DNA of 64,000 nucleotides from an uncultured Pleurocapsa sp. Lineage in GTDB: Bacteria; Cyanobacteriota; Cyanobacteriia; Cyanobacteriales; Xenococcaceae. The translations under genes and the position numbers were made by a program. The stretch spans positions 3,162 to 67,161 of the forward strand of contig CBDUCX010000001.1 of the NCBI GenBank assembly GCA_965365755.1. The letters are read 5' to 3'. This document shows positions 1 to 8,951 of this stretch, one piece after another. Every line of letters starts with the position of its first letter. Position 1 is the first letter of the stretch. The notes under the pieces are model-generated. The model worked only from the letters and a program-made list of their open reading frames with translations. It had not been told where the DNA came from and ran no database searches.

Positions 1-380
1 AAATTATTAATTTTTGTTAAACACCACTGTTGCAGCATTAAGACCTTGCTCCAAATCAACAATCTGCTTTCTCTCCGCCACCAGTTTCTCTCGACAAGCC
101 ACAAATCTTTGTTATTTTTTTACGTTTGCTTTTTTACTTGTTCCCCAGAGTCGAGGGAAGGTTGAAAAAGAAATATAGAGGCATAGTCAGCCAAACAATG
201 CCCCTAACACCAAATATAGTTGAACTGTTAAGCAATATCTTGATTGAGTCGCTTAGGTAAGAGTAGCTAGCTCATTAATTTATTGAGTTTCTTTCTTTAC
301 CTATACTTGATTATATATTAATAAAAACTTTATATTTCATTTTTGCTAATAAACTTTATATTTCTTAACAATCAATAATT

Positions 381-1238
381 TTAGAACAAGCTCAACTGTG
401 TAGGATGGGGTTCAAGATTATTCCAGGGTAAGGGAGGAATCAGAGAATTAGCATCATTTCTCCTTAACAAGGAGTGAAAATATTTGGCAGTATCAGGCGA
501 TCGCACTTCTTGGGGACAATGGACAAAAAAGTAAATAGTTTTTCCCGAATTCAGCCAACTATGAAGAGAGTTAACCCATTGTCCGAGATAAGCCTGGTTG
601 TATTTTCTCTCAGGATGACTAATAAAACGCACAAATCCAAGATTACCGATAATTTCTGGTTGGAGGGGTAACTTGGGTTTTTTACGCGGTGAACTTACTT
701 GGGGATCATTAGAGCAATTGTAAATTGGGCGAGTATCCAATAGGACTTTAGTAATATTGAGTTTGGTGAGAAGATCGTTCAGGCGATCGCTATGCTGGGG
801 TTTAAACCAGTCCAAGTGACGCACTTCTAAAGCCAAAGATAAGCCAGACTGACTACAGGCGCGCAAAAATTCCGTCAAGTCTTTCCAATATTCAGGGCTA
901 TAGCTGGGGGGAAGTTGTATAAAAGTTGTTCCCAGGCGATCGCCCAAACCAGAGATTCTCTCTAAAAAGCTGAGGGCATCATCAATACGAGGGGTTAATA
1001 AGCCTTGGTGGGTAACTTCTCGATGTAGCTTGGGACAGAACTTAAATCCTGGAGGAGTCTGTGCCACCCATTTTGCAATTGTTTCGGTAGTAGGTATGGC
1101 ATAGAAAGTAGTATTGCCCTCAACTGTCGTAAAACGGCGACTATATAAGTTTAAAAAATCTCGCGGTTGGCTTTTTGGGGGATATAAGTTCCCAACCCAA
1201 TCTTTATAAGACCAAACCGCACAGCCTAAATAAATCAT
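381..1238 (-). CDS. DUF72 family protein (YecE-like TIM barrel)
   Basis: N-terminal IYLGCAVWSYKDW, TVEGNTTFYA, FKFCPK, ALEVRH and FVHCP motifs typical of DUF72. Confidence 0.85.
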   Translation of the reverse strand: MIYLGCAVWSYKDWVGNLYPPKSQPRDFLNLYSRRFTTVEGNTTFYAIPTTETIAKWVAQTPPGFKFCPKLHREVTHQGLLTPRIDDALSFLERISGLGDRLGTTFIQLPPSYSPEYWKDLTEFLRACSQSGLSLALEVRHLDWFKPQHSDRLNDLLTKLNITKVLLDTRPIYNCSNDPQVSSPRKKPKLPLQPEIIGNLGFVRFISHPERKYNQAYLGQWVNSLHSWLNSGKTIYFFVHCPQEVRSPDTAKYFHSLLRRNDANSLIPPLPWNNLEPHPTQLSLF

Positions 1239-1351
1239 GCTTTAATTGATGGCTAGTGTTGTCTGAATTTAGAATCCCCGCCTTTCCAGGGCGTGGGAGT
1301 ATGTCAATGCTGACTGCTCATATTATGCCCTTGTGGTACTGTTCACTGTCT

Positions 1352-1933
1352 ATGCTTGCTCCCTGGCGATCGCCTTTATCTCGTGCTATACACCGCAATC
1401 GTTCTCAACCTCATTCCCGTTATTTTCAATTAGCTACTGTTACTCCCGAAGGCTATCCTGCTAACCGCACCGTCGTTTTTCGCGGATTTCTCGACGAGCA
1501 ATTAAATCGTCTGCAAATCATTACCGATTCTCGCAGTGCCAAAATTCAAGATATTGAATATCAGACTAGGGCTGAAATCTGCTGGTATTTTACTAAAACC
1601 AGGGAACAGTTTCGCATTAAGGGAAGTCTGCAATTAGTTACCGCCACAGAAGCAGATAGCTACCTGCAACAAGCTCGTCATCAAACTTGGCATAATCTCT
1701 CAGATGCCGCGCGATCGCAATTTGCTTGGCCAGATCCCGCCCAACCAGTAGTGGATAAATCTGCTTTTGAAGTAAATCCGCCTGATGAAAATTTTCCTTT
1801 AGACAATTTTTGTCTACTGTTACTGACTCCCCAAAAAATTGATCACCTGCAACTAAGGGGTGATCCTCAGCAACGCTGTTGGTATACTCTCCAAGACGAT
1901 CAAACCTGGTCAACTCAGCAAGTAAACCCCTAG
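1352..1933 (+). CDS. Pyridoxamine 5'-phosphate oxidase-like FMN-binding protein (Npun_F5749-type)
   Basis: QLATV..PANRTVVFRGF, TDSRSAK and EICWYF..TREQFRI motifs. Start placed at ATG 1352 (MLAPWRS) rather than the ORF-track start at 1256. Confidence 0.8.
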   Translation: MLAPWRSPLSRAIHRNRSQPHSRYFQLATVTPEGYPANRTVVFRGFLDEQLNRLQIITDSRSAKIQDIEYQTRAEICWYFTKTREQFRIKGSLQLVTATEADSYLQQARHQTWHNLSDAARSQFAWPDPAQPVVDKSAFEVNPPDENFPLDNFCLLLLTPQKIDHLQLRGDPQQRCWYTLQDDQTWSTQQVNP

Positions 1934-2030
1934 TACAACAAATCTTTCCCCTGCATTTGGTCAATCCAATTCTTAATAATGATATCTGCCAATTTTTTGA
2001 GTGGGGGAGACTTGAGAAATAACAAGAACC

Positions 2031-3962
2031 CTAGTCGAGCAGTTGAGTTAGTATTTGCAGAAAATTACTGACATCTAGAGGTTTGTTTATATGACAATCG
2101 AATCCTGATGCCAGGCTTTTTTGACGCTCGGCATCGGAAGCATAAGCTGAAAGAGCGATCGCCTTGAAATTTCCTTTTTGAATTGTCGGTAATTTTTTTA
2201 CTCTTTTAATTAACTGATAACCATCCATACTAGGCATCCCAATATCACTGACTAAAATATCGGGTTGAAATTGCTCGATTGTGCTTAAAGCCTCGGTTGC
2301 TGAGACTGCACTTTTAGTCCTTACACCTTCATTTTCTAAAATAAATAGTACTAAATCCCTGGAACTATCATCATCATCAACTACCAATACTTTAAGACCT
2401 GCCAAATTTTTGGTGGTTGAAGATAAATTATTGGTCGATTCTAATTCATTATTGGCATCTAGTGCTGGTAAAGCAAAGATAAAAGTTGCTCCTCGATCTA
2501 CTCCAAGACTATCTACACTGATAGTTCCTCCATGCAGTTCTATTAAATGACGCACGATTGCCAGTCCTAATCCCAATCCTCCTTTAGCTCTGGTTTTAGC
2601 ATTTTCTGCCTGACGAAAATAATCAAAAACATAGGGTAAAAAGTCTGGTTCGATTCCTTTTCCTGTATCTTTAACTTGTACTCGAACTTGATTATTGATA
2701 AAAGTTAGGTTAATATCAACCCTGCCACCATTAGGAGTAAACTTAATCGCATTAGTTAGCAGATTCCAAATTACTTGTTGTAGTCGAGTAGAGTCTCCAA
2801 AAACTAAATCTTCATTGCTAGAGAAATTGGTGTTGATTTGAATTGATTTAGCCTGTGCTGCTAATTTAACCGTATCTAGAGCATTATTAATAACGGTGCT
2901 TAATTTAACTGGTGCAGCTTGCAGTTCAATTTTCCCGCGAATAATCCGCGAGATGTCTAAAATATCTTCTATCAATTGCGATTGCAACATAGCGTTGCGT
3001 TGAATAATGTCTGCCCCTTTCTTGATTTGCGCTTCGCTAAGAGTGCCACTTTGTAATAATTGCGACCAACCAACAATAGGATTTAAAGGAGTTCTCAGTT
3101 CGTGGGAAAGAATGGCTAAAAACTGATCTTTAGCGCGATTAGCTGCTTGCGCCTCTTCTAAGAGTTTGGCTCTTTCTGATTCAGCTTGTTTAATGTGGGT
3201 AATATCTCGCAGGGATAGGATATAAGCGTTTTTTCCTTGCCAGCGAATTTGACTGACTCGCATTTGTGCCACTAAATTTCGTCCCGAACTTTGCCGAAGA
3301 TCTACTTCTACATAATCACCATTAACAACAGGAAAACCTAAAGGTTCGCCAATTAATTCTGCCTCCGATTTACCAAAAAGTTGTAGTGCTGCGGGATTAA
3401 TAAACCGAACTATTCCGCGATCGCTTACTACAAGAATGCCATCAGCATTGTCTGTAATTAGTTGTTGTAGTTGTTGTTCTGTTTGAGCGGTGCATTGTGC
3501 TAAATGAGAACAAGTATTTGGTTTGGCTAAGGCTTGGGTAACTGCTGTGGGTAATTGCTCTAAATCCGTTGCAGGGATGTAGTCGGTTGCTCCTGTTTTG
3601 ATTGCTGCTACCGCTTGAGAAATGCTAGCTGCACCATTTACTACTAGCATGGGAATATCTAAATTATTGACTAACAACAGGTCAATTGCTTCTGCTAAAG
3701 ACAGTTGATTAGAATCAGCATCATAGAGAATTATATCAAATTGGAACCCAAGAGATTGTTCGTATTCTTCTTTAGTTGCTACTTGCTGCCAATTAATCGT
3801 CAATGACCCTTGACTGAGAAATGACCCTTGACTGAGAATAGAAGCGATCGCTGTTGTGGCAGCAGAGGAATCAGACACAATTAAGACCGCGATCTTATCT
3901 AAGCTAGATTCAGGCGATCGAGGCAGTTTAGCTAAATTGTTTTTTTCTTTTGATACTTTCAT
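2031..3962 (-). CDS. Hybrid sensor histidine kinase: atypical REC - PAS - HisKA - HATPase - REC
   Basis: H-box LSHELRTPL, N-box NLLTNAIKFT, G-boxes DTGKGI and GGLGLGL. C-terminal receiver with VDDD, SDIGMP and NKP is intact. N-terminal receiver lacks the conserved Lys (DYIPA). Confidence 0.9.
   Translation of the reverse strand: MKVSKEKNNLAKLPRSPESSLDKIAVLIVSDSSAATTAIASILSQGSFLSQGSLTINWQQVATKEEYEQSLGFQFDIILYDADSNQLSLAEAIDLLLVNNLDIPMLVVNGAASISQAVAAIKTGATDYIPATDLEQLPTAVTQALAKPNTCSHLAQCTAQTEQQLQQLITDNADGILVVSDRGIVRFINPAALQLFGKSEAELIGEPLGFPVVNGDYVEVDLRQSSGRNLVAQMRVSQIRWQGKNAYILSLRDITHIKQAESERAKLLEEAQAANRAKDQFLAILSHELRTPLNPIVGWSQLLQSGTLSEAQIKKGADIIQRNAMLQSQLIEDILDISRIIRGKIELQAAPVKLSTVINNALDTVKLAAQAKSIQINTNFSSNEDLVFGDSTRLQQVIWNLLTNAIKFTPNGGRVDINLTFINNQVRVQVKDTGKGIEPDFLPYVFDYFRQAENAKTRAKGGLGLGLAIVRHLIELHGGTISVDSLGVDRGATFIFALPALDANNELESTNNLSSTTKNLAGLKVLVVDDDDSSRDLVLFILENEGVRTKSAVSATEALSTIEQFQPDILVSDIGMPSMDGYQLIKRVKKLPTIQKGNFKAIALSAYASDAERQKSLASGFDCHINKPLDVSNFLQILTQLLD
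3802..3837. repeat. In-frame 18-bp tandem duplication inside the kinase N-terminal receiver
   Basis: AATGACCCTTGACTGAGA x2, encoding LSQGSF-LSQGSL. Confidence 0.9.
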
Positions 3963-4056
3963 CTCAAATTGCTCAAAAATCCCTAAAATCTGCTATCAAC
4001 TCCCTAGCTAACAATCTCTTATCATCAACTACCTACTACCCATTACCCACTACCTA

Positions 4057-5580
4057 TTACCCATTACCCTCATTCAATAAATCGTTTAACCGATCCAATT
4101 CATCTGCATCCACAAAAGTAGGATTGCCTGCCAAAATCCCCGTAACATTGCGAAATGCCTGACCCAAGTGCATTCCATCCTCGTCGATAAAAAACTCGCG
4201 AATATCTTTATCATGTTTAGAACCACGCATTTTCAAAACTGCCAATCCTCGTTTAATTTCTCCATATACTTCAACGTAGCGCAATAAAATAATTAAATCT
4301 GTATTGGTAGAAATATTTGATTCGGTAATTGACTCGCTGCCAATGAGATTAGCAGTATTGGCAGTACCCAAAGCAGTAATTCCTTGTTCTTTGAATAGAG
4401 TGTTTAGAGTCAATAAAAATTCGCGAAAGCTTTTTAAGGATGAAACTCGCTCTAAGGCAGAGATACTATCGATCGCCACTCTCTGGGGCTGAAATTGCTC
4501 GATTTCTGCTTTGATATTAATAAAATGGGACTCTAACCCCACTAATTCGGGATAGCGACAGATGATTTTTAGTTTCCCTGCTTGTTCCATCTGTTCAAAG
4601 TCTATCCCCCAACCCAAGGCGTTACGCAGTATTTGTTCGCGACTTTCTTCAAACGCAAACAGTAAACATTTTTCGTCGTTTTTCACCCCTCCTGCAATAA
4701 ATTCTGTTGCCATTAGGGTTTTACCCGTTCCCGTTGCTCCCGACAATAAAATAATCGAACCTTCAAACCAGCCACCCCCACACATATCATCTAGATCGCG
4801 ACTACCAGAAGTAATGCGATGTCTAGAAGATTTGCGTTTAAAAACATCTTTGGAGAAAGGAATAGCCACGATACCCCGTTGGGACATAATGGCAAAAGGA
4901 AATTCCCCACTTTGGTGGGAAACACCACGAAACTTAAGAATTTCAACGGTACGACGACGCTTTTCTTCGCTGAGGGCATTACGCATCAAAATCACGTTAT
5001 CAGCGACAAATTCTTCAATACCGTAGCGACTAATATCTCCATAATCAGAAGTACGTTCCGAAGTTAAAATTGCCGTAATATTCATTTCTCGAATCACCTG
5101 CGCCAGCCTAAATAAAGTTGCTCTCACCTGACCGATATCTGGCACGTAACTAAAAATTGCTCCCAAAGAATCCATAGCTACTCGCTTGGCATTAACTTGC
5201 TCGATCGCATAACTAAGACGTGATATTAAAGGATCTAGATCGTATTCACCACTAACTAAAGGCATATCTCGGTCTAACGGAGAAGCATCGACAAAATACC
5301 ACTTATTTTCTGCTTCCCACTGGGCAATATCCCAGTTAAAACCGCGCATATTCTTTCGTAGCATTTTAGGCGGTTCTTCAAAAGAGACAAACACGCCATT
5401 TTGTCCCTGATTAATTCCTTCAGCTAAAAATTGAGTAGCAAAGATCGTTTTCCCACTACCAGCAGTTCCTGAAATTAGAGTGGTTCTTCCTTCTGGCAAT
5501 CCTCCTTCAGAAATTACGTCAAAACCAGGTATTCCTGTAGCAATTTTAACTAACCGATCTTGTTCTTGAGCTTGGTTCAT
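4057..5580 (-). CDS. kaiC3: Circadian clock protein KaiC, KaiC3-like
   Basis: Two RecA-like domains: GTAGSGKT/SFEE and GATGTGKT/AFEE. Phosphosite pair ST retained (ISTNTD). Context with kaiA3/kaiB3-like genes. Confidence 0.85.
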   Translation of the reverse strand: MNQAQEQDRLVKIATGIPGFDVISEGGLPEGRTTLISGTAGSGKTIFATQFLAEGINQGQNGVFVSFEEPPKMLRKNMRGFNWDIAQWEAENKWYFVDASPLDRDMPLVSGEYDLDPLISRLSYAIEQVNAKRVAMDSLGAIFSYVPDIGQVRATLFRLAQVIREMNITAILTSERTSDYGDISRYGIEEFVADNVILMRNALSEEKRRRTVEILKFRGVSHQSGEFPFAIMSQRGIVAIPFSKDVFKRKSSRHRITSGSRDLDDMCGGGWFEGSIILLSGATGTGKTLMATEFIAGGVKNDEKCLLFAFEESREQILRNALGWGIDFEQMEQAGKLKIICRYPELVGLESHFINIKAEIEQFQPQRVAIDSISALERVSSLKSFREFLLTLNTLFKEQGITALGTANTANLIGSESITESNISTNTDLIILLRYVEVYGEIKRGLAVLKMRGSKHDKDIREFFIDEDGMHLGQAFRNVTGILAGNPTFVDADELDRLNDLLNEGNG

Positions 5581-5655
5581 TAGGAATTTTATATCAGCAG
5601 TGAGTTTGGAATACTTATAGATTAATAATCAAGTTCTAGTAGAATTAAAGAAAAG

Positions 5656-5937
5656 TCAAGTTTTAGGGGAAAGGTCAAGGGCAAAGTAAAGCACTTCTCG
5701 ATTGGAAAGATCGCCAATAATCCTTTCTTGGGGTAAGGGTAATTCTTTTACTAAAGTAGGAGTAATTAAAATTTTTTCGGCTTCGGCAATTTCGGGGAAT
5801 TTAAGTAAATCGACAATCTGAATCTGGCTATTTTGTGGCAATTCGCGATCGCAAAATTCCTGCAAGTTAGCGATCGCCCGCCGACTTCGGGGGGAGTCTC
5901 CACTGACATATAGTTTCAAAATATATTTTTGACACAT
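5656..5937 (-). CDS. kaiB3: Circadian clock protein KaiB, KaiB3-like
   Basis: YILKLYV.G.SPRS..AI.NL, TPTLVK.LPLP..RIIGDLS motifs. Confidence 0.85.
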   Translation of the reverse strand: MCQKYILKLYVSGDSPRSRRAIANLQEFCDRELPQNSQIQIVDLLKFPEIAEAEKILITPTLVKELPLPQERIIGDLSNREVLYFALDLSPKT

Positions 5938-5990
5938 TAATTAAAAAGAGTTATTAAAAGATGTTGGCAAATGCCAGTTGAGTATACATC

Positions 5991-6866
5991 TTAATTTGTA
6001 GGAGAAATGTCTTGGTAGCTAGAAGCCAAGTTAATTTTGTTTAATCCAATATAATACCGACGATAGTAAGCAGCCAATTTCCCCATCGACTCTAGCAATA
6101 AATAACGTCCTTCAATGGTATAGACTCGGCTTTTACGTTGACCCAAATCCTGTTGTTTTTGTTTTAATAGATTGGTATGGAGCGAGAGCAAATCTTTAGG
6201 TGTGGCTTGGAGATAACCCAATTGCTCGATGAGAACGTTAAGGCGGTCGTTAATATTATGCTCTACTTTATAAATTTTTTGTTCTACTACGTGATCGAGT
6301 AAAGTGTTATATCTTGCTTCTAATTCCTTAAACACATCAGGCATCCTTTGTTGTAGAGAATCAGTATATTGATTGTGAAAACTATTATCGTCGCTCAATA
6401 AACTTTCTAATACATCAAATTCTTGCTTCTGCTGTTGTTGTTGAGATTGCTCTAAATTAGCCAACTGCCATTGTCGCTCGATCGCAGCACGAATAGCGTA
6501 CAAGAGTAAATCGCGATCGGAGGATACTTTAGGCAGGTAGCCACAAGCTCCCATTTCTAAAGCTTTAACTGCCACTACCTCGTCTTCCAAAGCAGTCTGC
6601 ACGATGATAGGTGTCTGCGATGTTTCTGCTTGCACTAACTCTAAGCTATTTAGATAACGACTGTCGGGCAGCATCAGATCGAGTAAGATGACATCAAATT
6701 CCTGTTGGGACAATATTGGTTTGGCTGCCGATAAGGTTTCGGCACAAGTCAATTCAAATCCACGCTTAAAAAAAGCCGAACGAGTATCTTCTAGGATATT
6801 GCGGATATTTGCTATGTCATCTGGTTCATCTTCGATTAGTAAAACTCGACAAGGAGAATTTAACAT
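5991..6866 (-). CDS. kaiA3: KaiA3-like chimeric protein: N-terminal receiver plus KaiA-like helical C-domain
   Basis: Canonical receiver (IEDE, LLDLMLP, QTA, YLPK). C-domain ..YKVEHNI..LGYL.ATPKD..H..EGRYLLLE.MG.L..YYR resembles Synechocystis Sll0485. Directly upstream of kaiB/kaiC. Confidence 0.75.
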   Translation of the reverse strand: MLNSPCRVLLIEDEPDDIANIRNILEDTRSAFFKRGFELTCAETLSAAKPILSQQEFDVILLDLMLPDSRYLNSLELVQAETSQTPIIVQTALEDEVVAVKALEMGACGYLPKVSSDRDLLLYAIRAAIERQWQLANLEQSQQQQQKQEFDVLESLLSDDNSFHNQYTDSLQQRMPDVFKELEARYNTLLDHVVEQKIYKVEHNINDRLNVLIEQLGYLQATPKDLLSLHTNLLKQKQQDLGQRKSRVYTIEGRYLLLESMGKLAAYYRRYYIGLNKINLASSYQDISPTN

Positions 6867-7501
6867 GGGAATCAGGAAGTAAGGGTTTTTTCTATCTAGG
6901 ATTGTTCAGCGAGCTTGGTATAAATTATTCAATAGCTGAACGTATCTCTCCTTAAAAGTGCGATCGCCTAAAATTAAAGAATACTCGCTCATATAGTCTC
7001 ATAATTTAGGCAGGGCTTGTTTATATCTTAAGTTGTATTACCTATGTTTAACTCTTACTAGAAGTAGATAAAGGTTGATTAATTTACTCAAATTCGTCAT
7101 TAGAGTTGTTTGGAAATAAGAACCAATATGCTCTGAAATAACTTTACGTAAAAGATTGAGACTTTTCTTTGATGACAAAAACTGAAAGTTTTGTGTGTCG
7201 AGAGTTTTAGTAAATTTTAAAGCTATTTCTCAACAAGTGTATTTACTAATACGTCCAGAAAAAATTTATTTCTCAATTAGATTAATTATGCAACTTTAGT
7301 TAGAGGTAATCTCTAGGTAATGTCGATAGGTTGTAACTGTAAGCAAGCTTTACTTTAGCAAACCTACCTAGAAATAGAGAATCTTAGGTCGTAGCTGTCC
7401 TTTCTAAAATGATTGAGGTTTGCTATTAGAGTAATTGTAATAATTACCCTTCAGCAGATTTTTCCCCTAGCAGAAATTAACTATAGGTAAAATTTTTTCT
7501 C

Positions 7502-7918
7502 ATGAATAACCAGAACAAATTAACAAAGATTTTTCAACAATTAAGGCTTAGTAGAATTGTCACTGCTTTTCTTTTAGCAACAGTTTTATTAATAACCACA
7601 GCCTGTAATAGTGGCGATAAACTCGCTGCGCGTCCTCATAATTCTTCTGTTACCCCTACTTTATTAGCAACAGCTAATCAAAGCGAAACCACCTATCCCA
7701 ATGACGATCGACAAATGGAAGGTTTGCTTTATTCAAATTCCAATGAAGTGAAATCTTTAAATAGTGTCGATGATTTTGTCAGTCCCCAAAGACAAAAAGA
7801 ATTATTAGACCCCACCCAAATTCCTGCTAAGAAACAGCCAATTATCGACCGCTCCGATCCTAATAACAAGCTTTTGGAAAAAACCGTACAAATGTTTAAG
7901 GATGCTACCGATTTTTAA
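7502..7918 (+). CDS. Hypothetical lipoprotein (stress/desiccation-associated type)
   Basis: Signal peptide with lipobox LITTAC and hydrophilic body. Confidence 0.6.
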   Translation: MNNQNKLTKIFQQLRLSRIVTAFLLATVLLITTACNSGDKLAARPHNSSVTPTLLATANQSETTYPNDDRQMEGLLYSNSNEVKSLNSVDDFVSPQRQKELLDPTQIPAKKQPIIDRSDPNNKLLEKTVQMFKDATDF

Positions 7919-7990
7919 CCGCGGAATGCGGTCAGCGCAGGCACCGTCGTTTCATATGGGTCGCGGTATCCTCTAGGACGGCGGTGTAAC
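7919..7990. repeat. GC-rich imperfect hairpin, probable REP-like dispersed repeat
   Basis: Nested stems GTCAGCG/CGCTGAC and CACCGTCGT/ACGGCGGTG. Core ATGGGTCGCGGTATC resembles the elements at 14507-14544 and 37284-37329. Confidence 0.5.
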
Positions 7991-8039
7991 GCTGACTAAC
8001 CAAATAGATGTGTAATTGTAAATAAGGAAAGAAACAACT

Positions 8040-8603
8040 ATGTCACAAGAATTACAAGGTATTAATATTGCCATTTTACTCACCGATGGCTTTGAACAGG
8101 TTGAGATGACTAAACCTCGCCAAGCATTTAACGATGCAGGTGCAAGTACCTATTTAATCTCTCCTGCGGGAGAACAAGTACAAGGATGGAATCACTACGA
8201 TAAAGGCGATCGCTTTAAAGTCGATCTCCCTTTAGATAAGGCTAATCCCGATGATTATGATGCGCTGCTACTTCCTGGTGGGGTAGCTAATCCAGACCAA
8301 CTAAGAACTAATGAAACAGCCGTTAAGTTTATTAAAGCTTTTTTTGAAGCAGATAAACCAGTGGCAGCCATTTGTCATGGTCCTTGGACTTTAATCGAAG
8401 CGGAAGTAGTTAAAGGACACAAGATTACATCTTGGTCTTCCTTAAAAACCGACCTCATCAATGCAGGTGCCAACTGGGTAGACGAAGAAGTAGTGGTAGA
8501 CGGTAATTTAATCACCAGTCGCAACCCTAACGATCTGCCCTGGTTTATCAACGCGGCGATCGCTTTATTTTCTAGCCAAAAAGCCAGACTTCAATCTGTT
8601 TAG
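8040..8603 (+). CDS. pfpI: PfpI/DJ-1 family glyoxalase/deglycase (YhbO-like)
   Basis: DGFEQVE, LPGG..NPD.LR, AICHGPW and SRNPND motifs. Confidence 0.9.
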   Translation: MSQELQGINIAILLTDGFEQVEMTKPRQAFNDAGASTYLISPAGEQVQGWNHYDKGDRFKVDLPLDKANPDDYDALLLPGGVANPDQLRTNETAVKFIKAFFEADKPVAAICHGPWTLIEAEVVKGHKITSWSSLKTDLINAGANWVDEEVVVDGNLITSRNPNDLPWFINAAIALFSSQKARLQSV

Positions 8604-8712
8604 ATTACATCCAAAAGATCGGGTTGAGATAACAACGATAGTTATTTGTTCCCGATATCGCACATTAATTAAATTATTTGTACATTAAATTACGTTTAAA
8701 TTCTTCTGATTG

Positions 8713-8742
8713 ATGGCGATCGCTATATTTAGCGATCGCCAT
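8713..8742. terminator. Perfect 13-bp hairpin built from two HIP1 sites between convergent genes
   Basis: ATGGCGATCGCTA-TATT-TAGCGATCGCCAT. Confidence 0.55.
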
Positions 8743-8951
8743 ATAACTTTTTAACCATGTGTGAGAGAATTCCCTATCTTCGCATCTTTAGGGATGAATC
8801 GAACTGAACAACGTAGTGGGATGATTTTAACTCTTTAAATTAATCTAATCAAAAGCTTTATATGTAAAACATTTCAGCCGTTGTACAATGATGCAAGTTG
8901 CTCAATCCTCAGCGAAGCAGGTTGGAGTAGTTCATATGCATATCTTAATAG

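Noticed and set aside
3802-3837. 18-bp duplication in the kinase receiver as a functional switch
   Set aside because: In frame, two copies only, likely a tolerated loop duplication; recorded as a feature only
7239-7252. GTA-N8-TAC (NtcA-like) site in the kaiA3/lipoprotein intergenic region
   Set aside because: Short motif expected by chance in AT-rich DNA; no convincing -10 box at the canonical spacing
7919-7990. tRNA, SRP RNA or known riboswitch
   Set aside because: No cloverleaf or T-loop, no SRP GGAA/AGCAG motif, and no match to riboswitch consensus sequences I can recall
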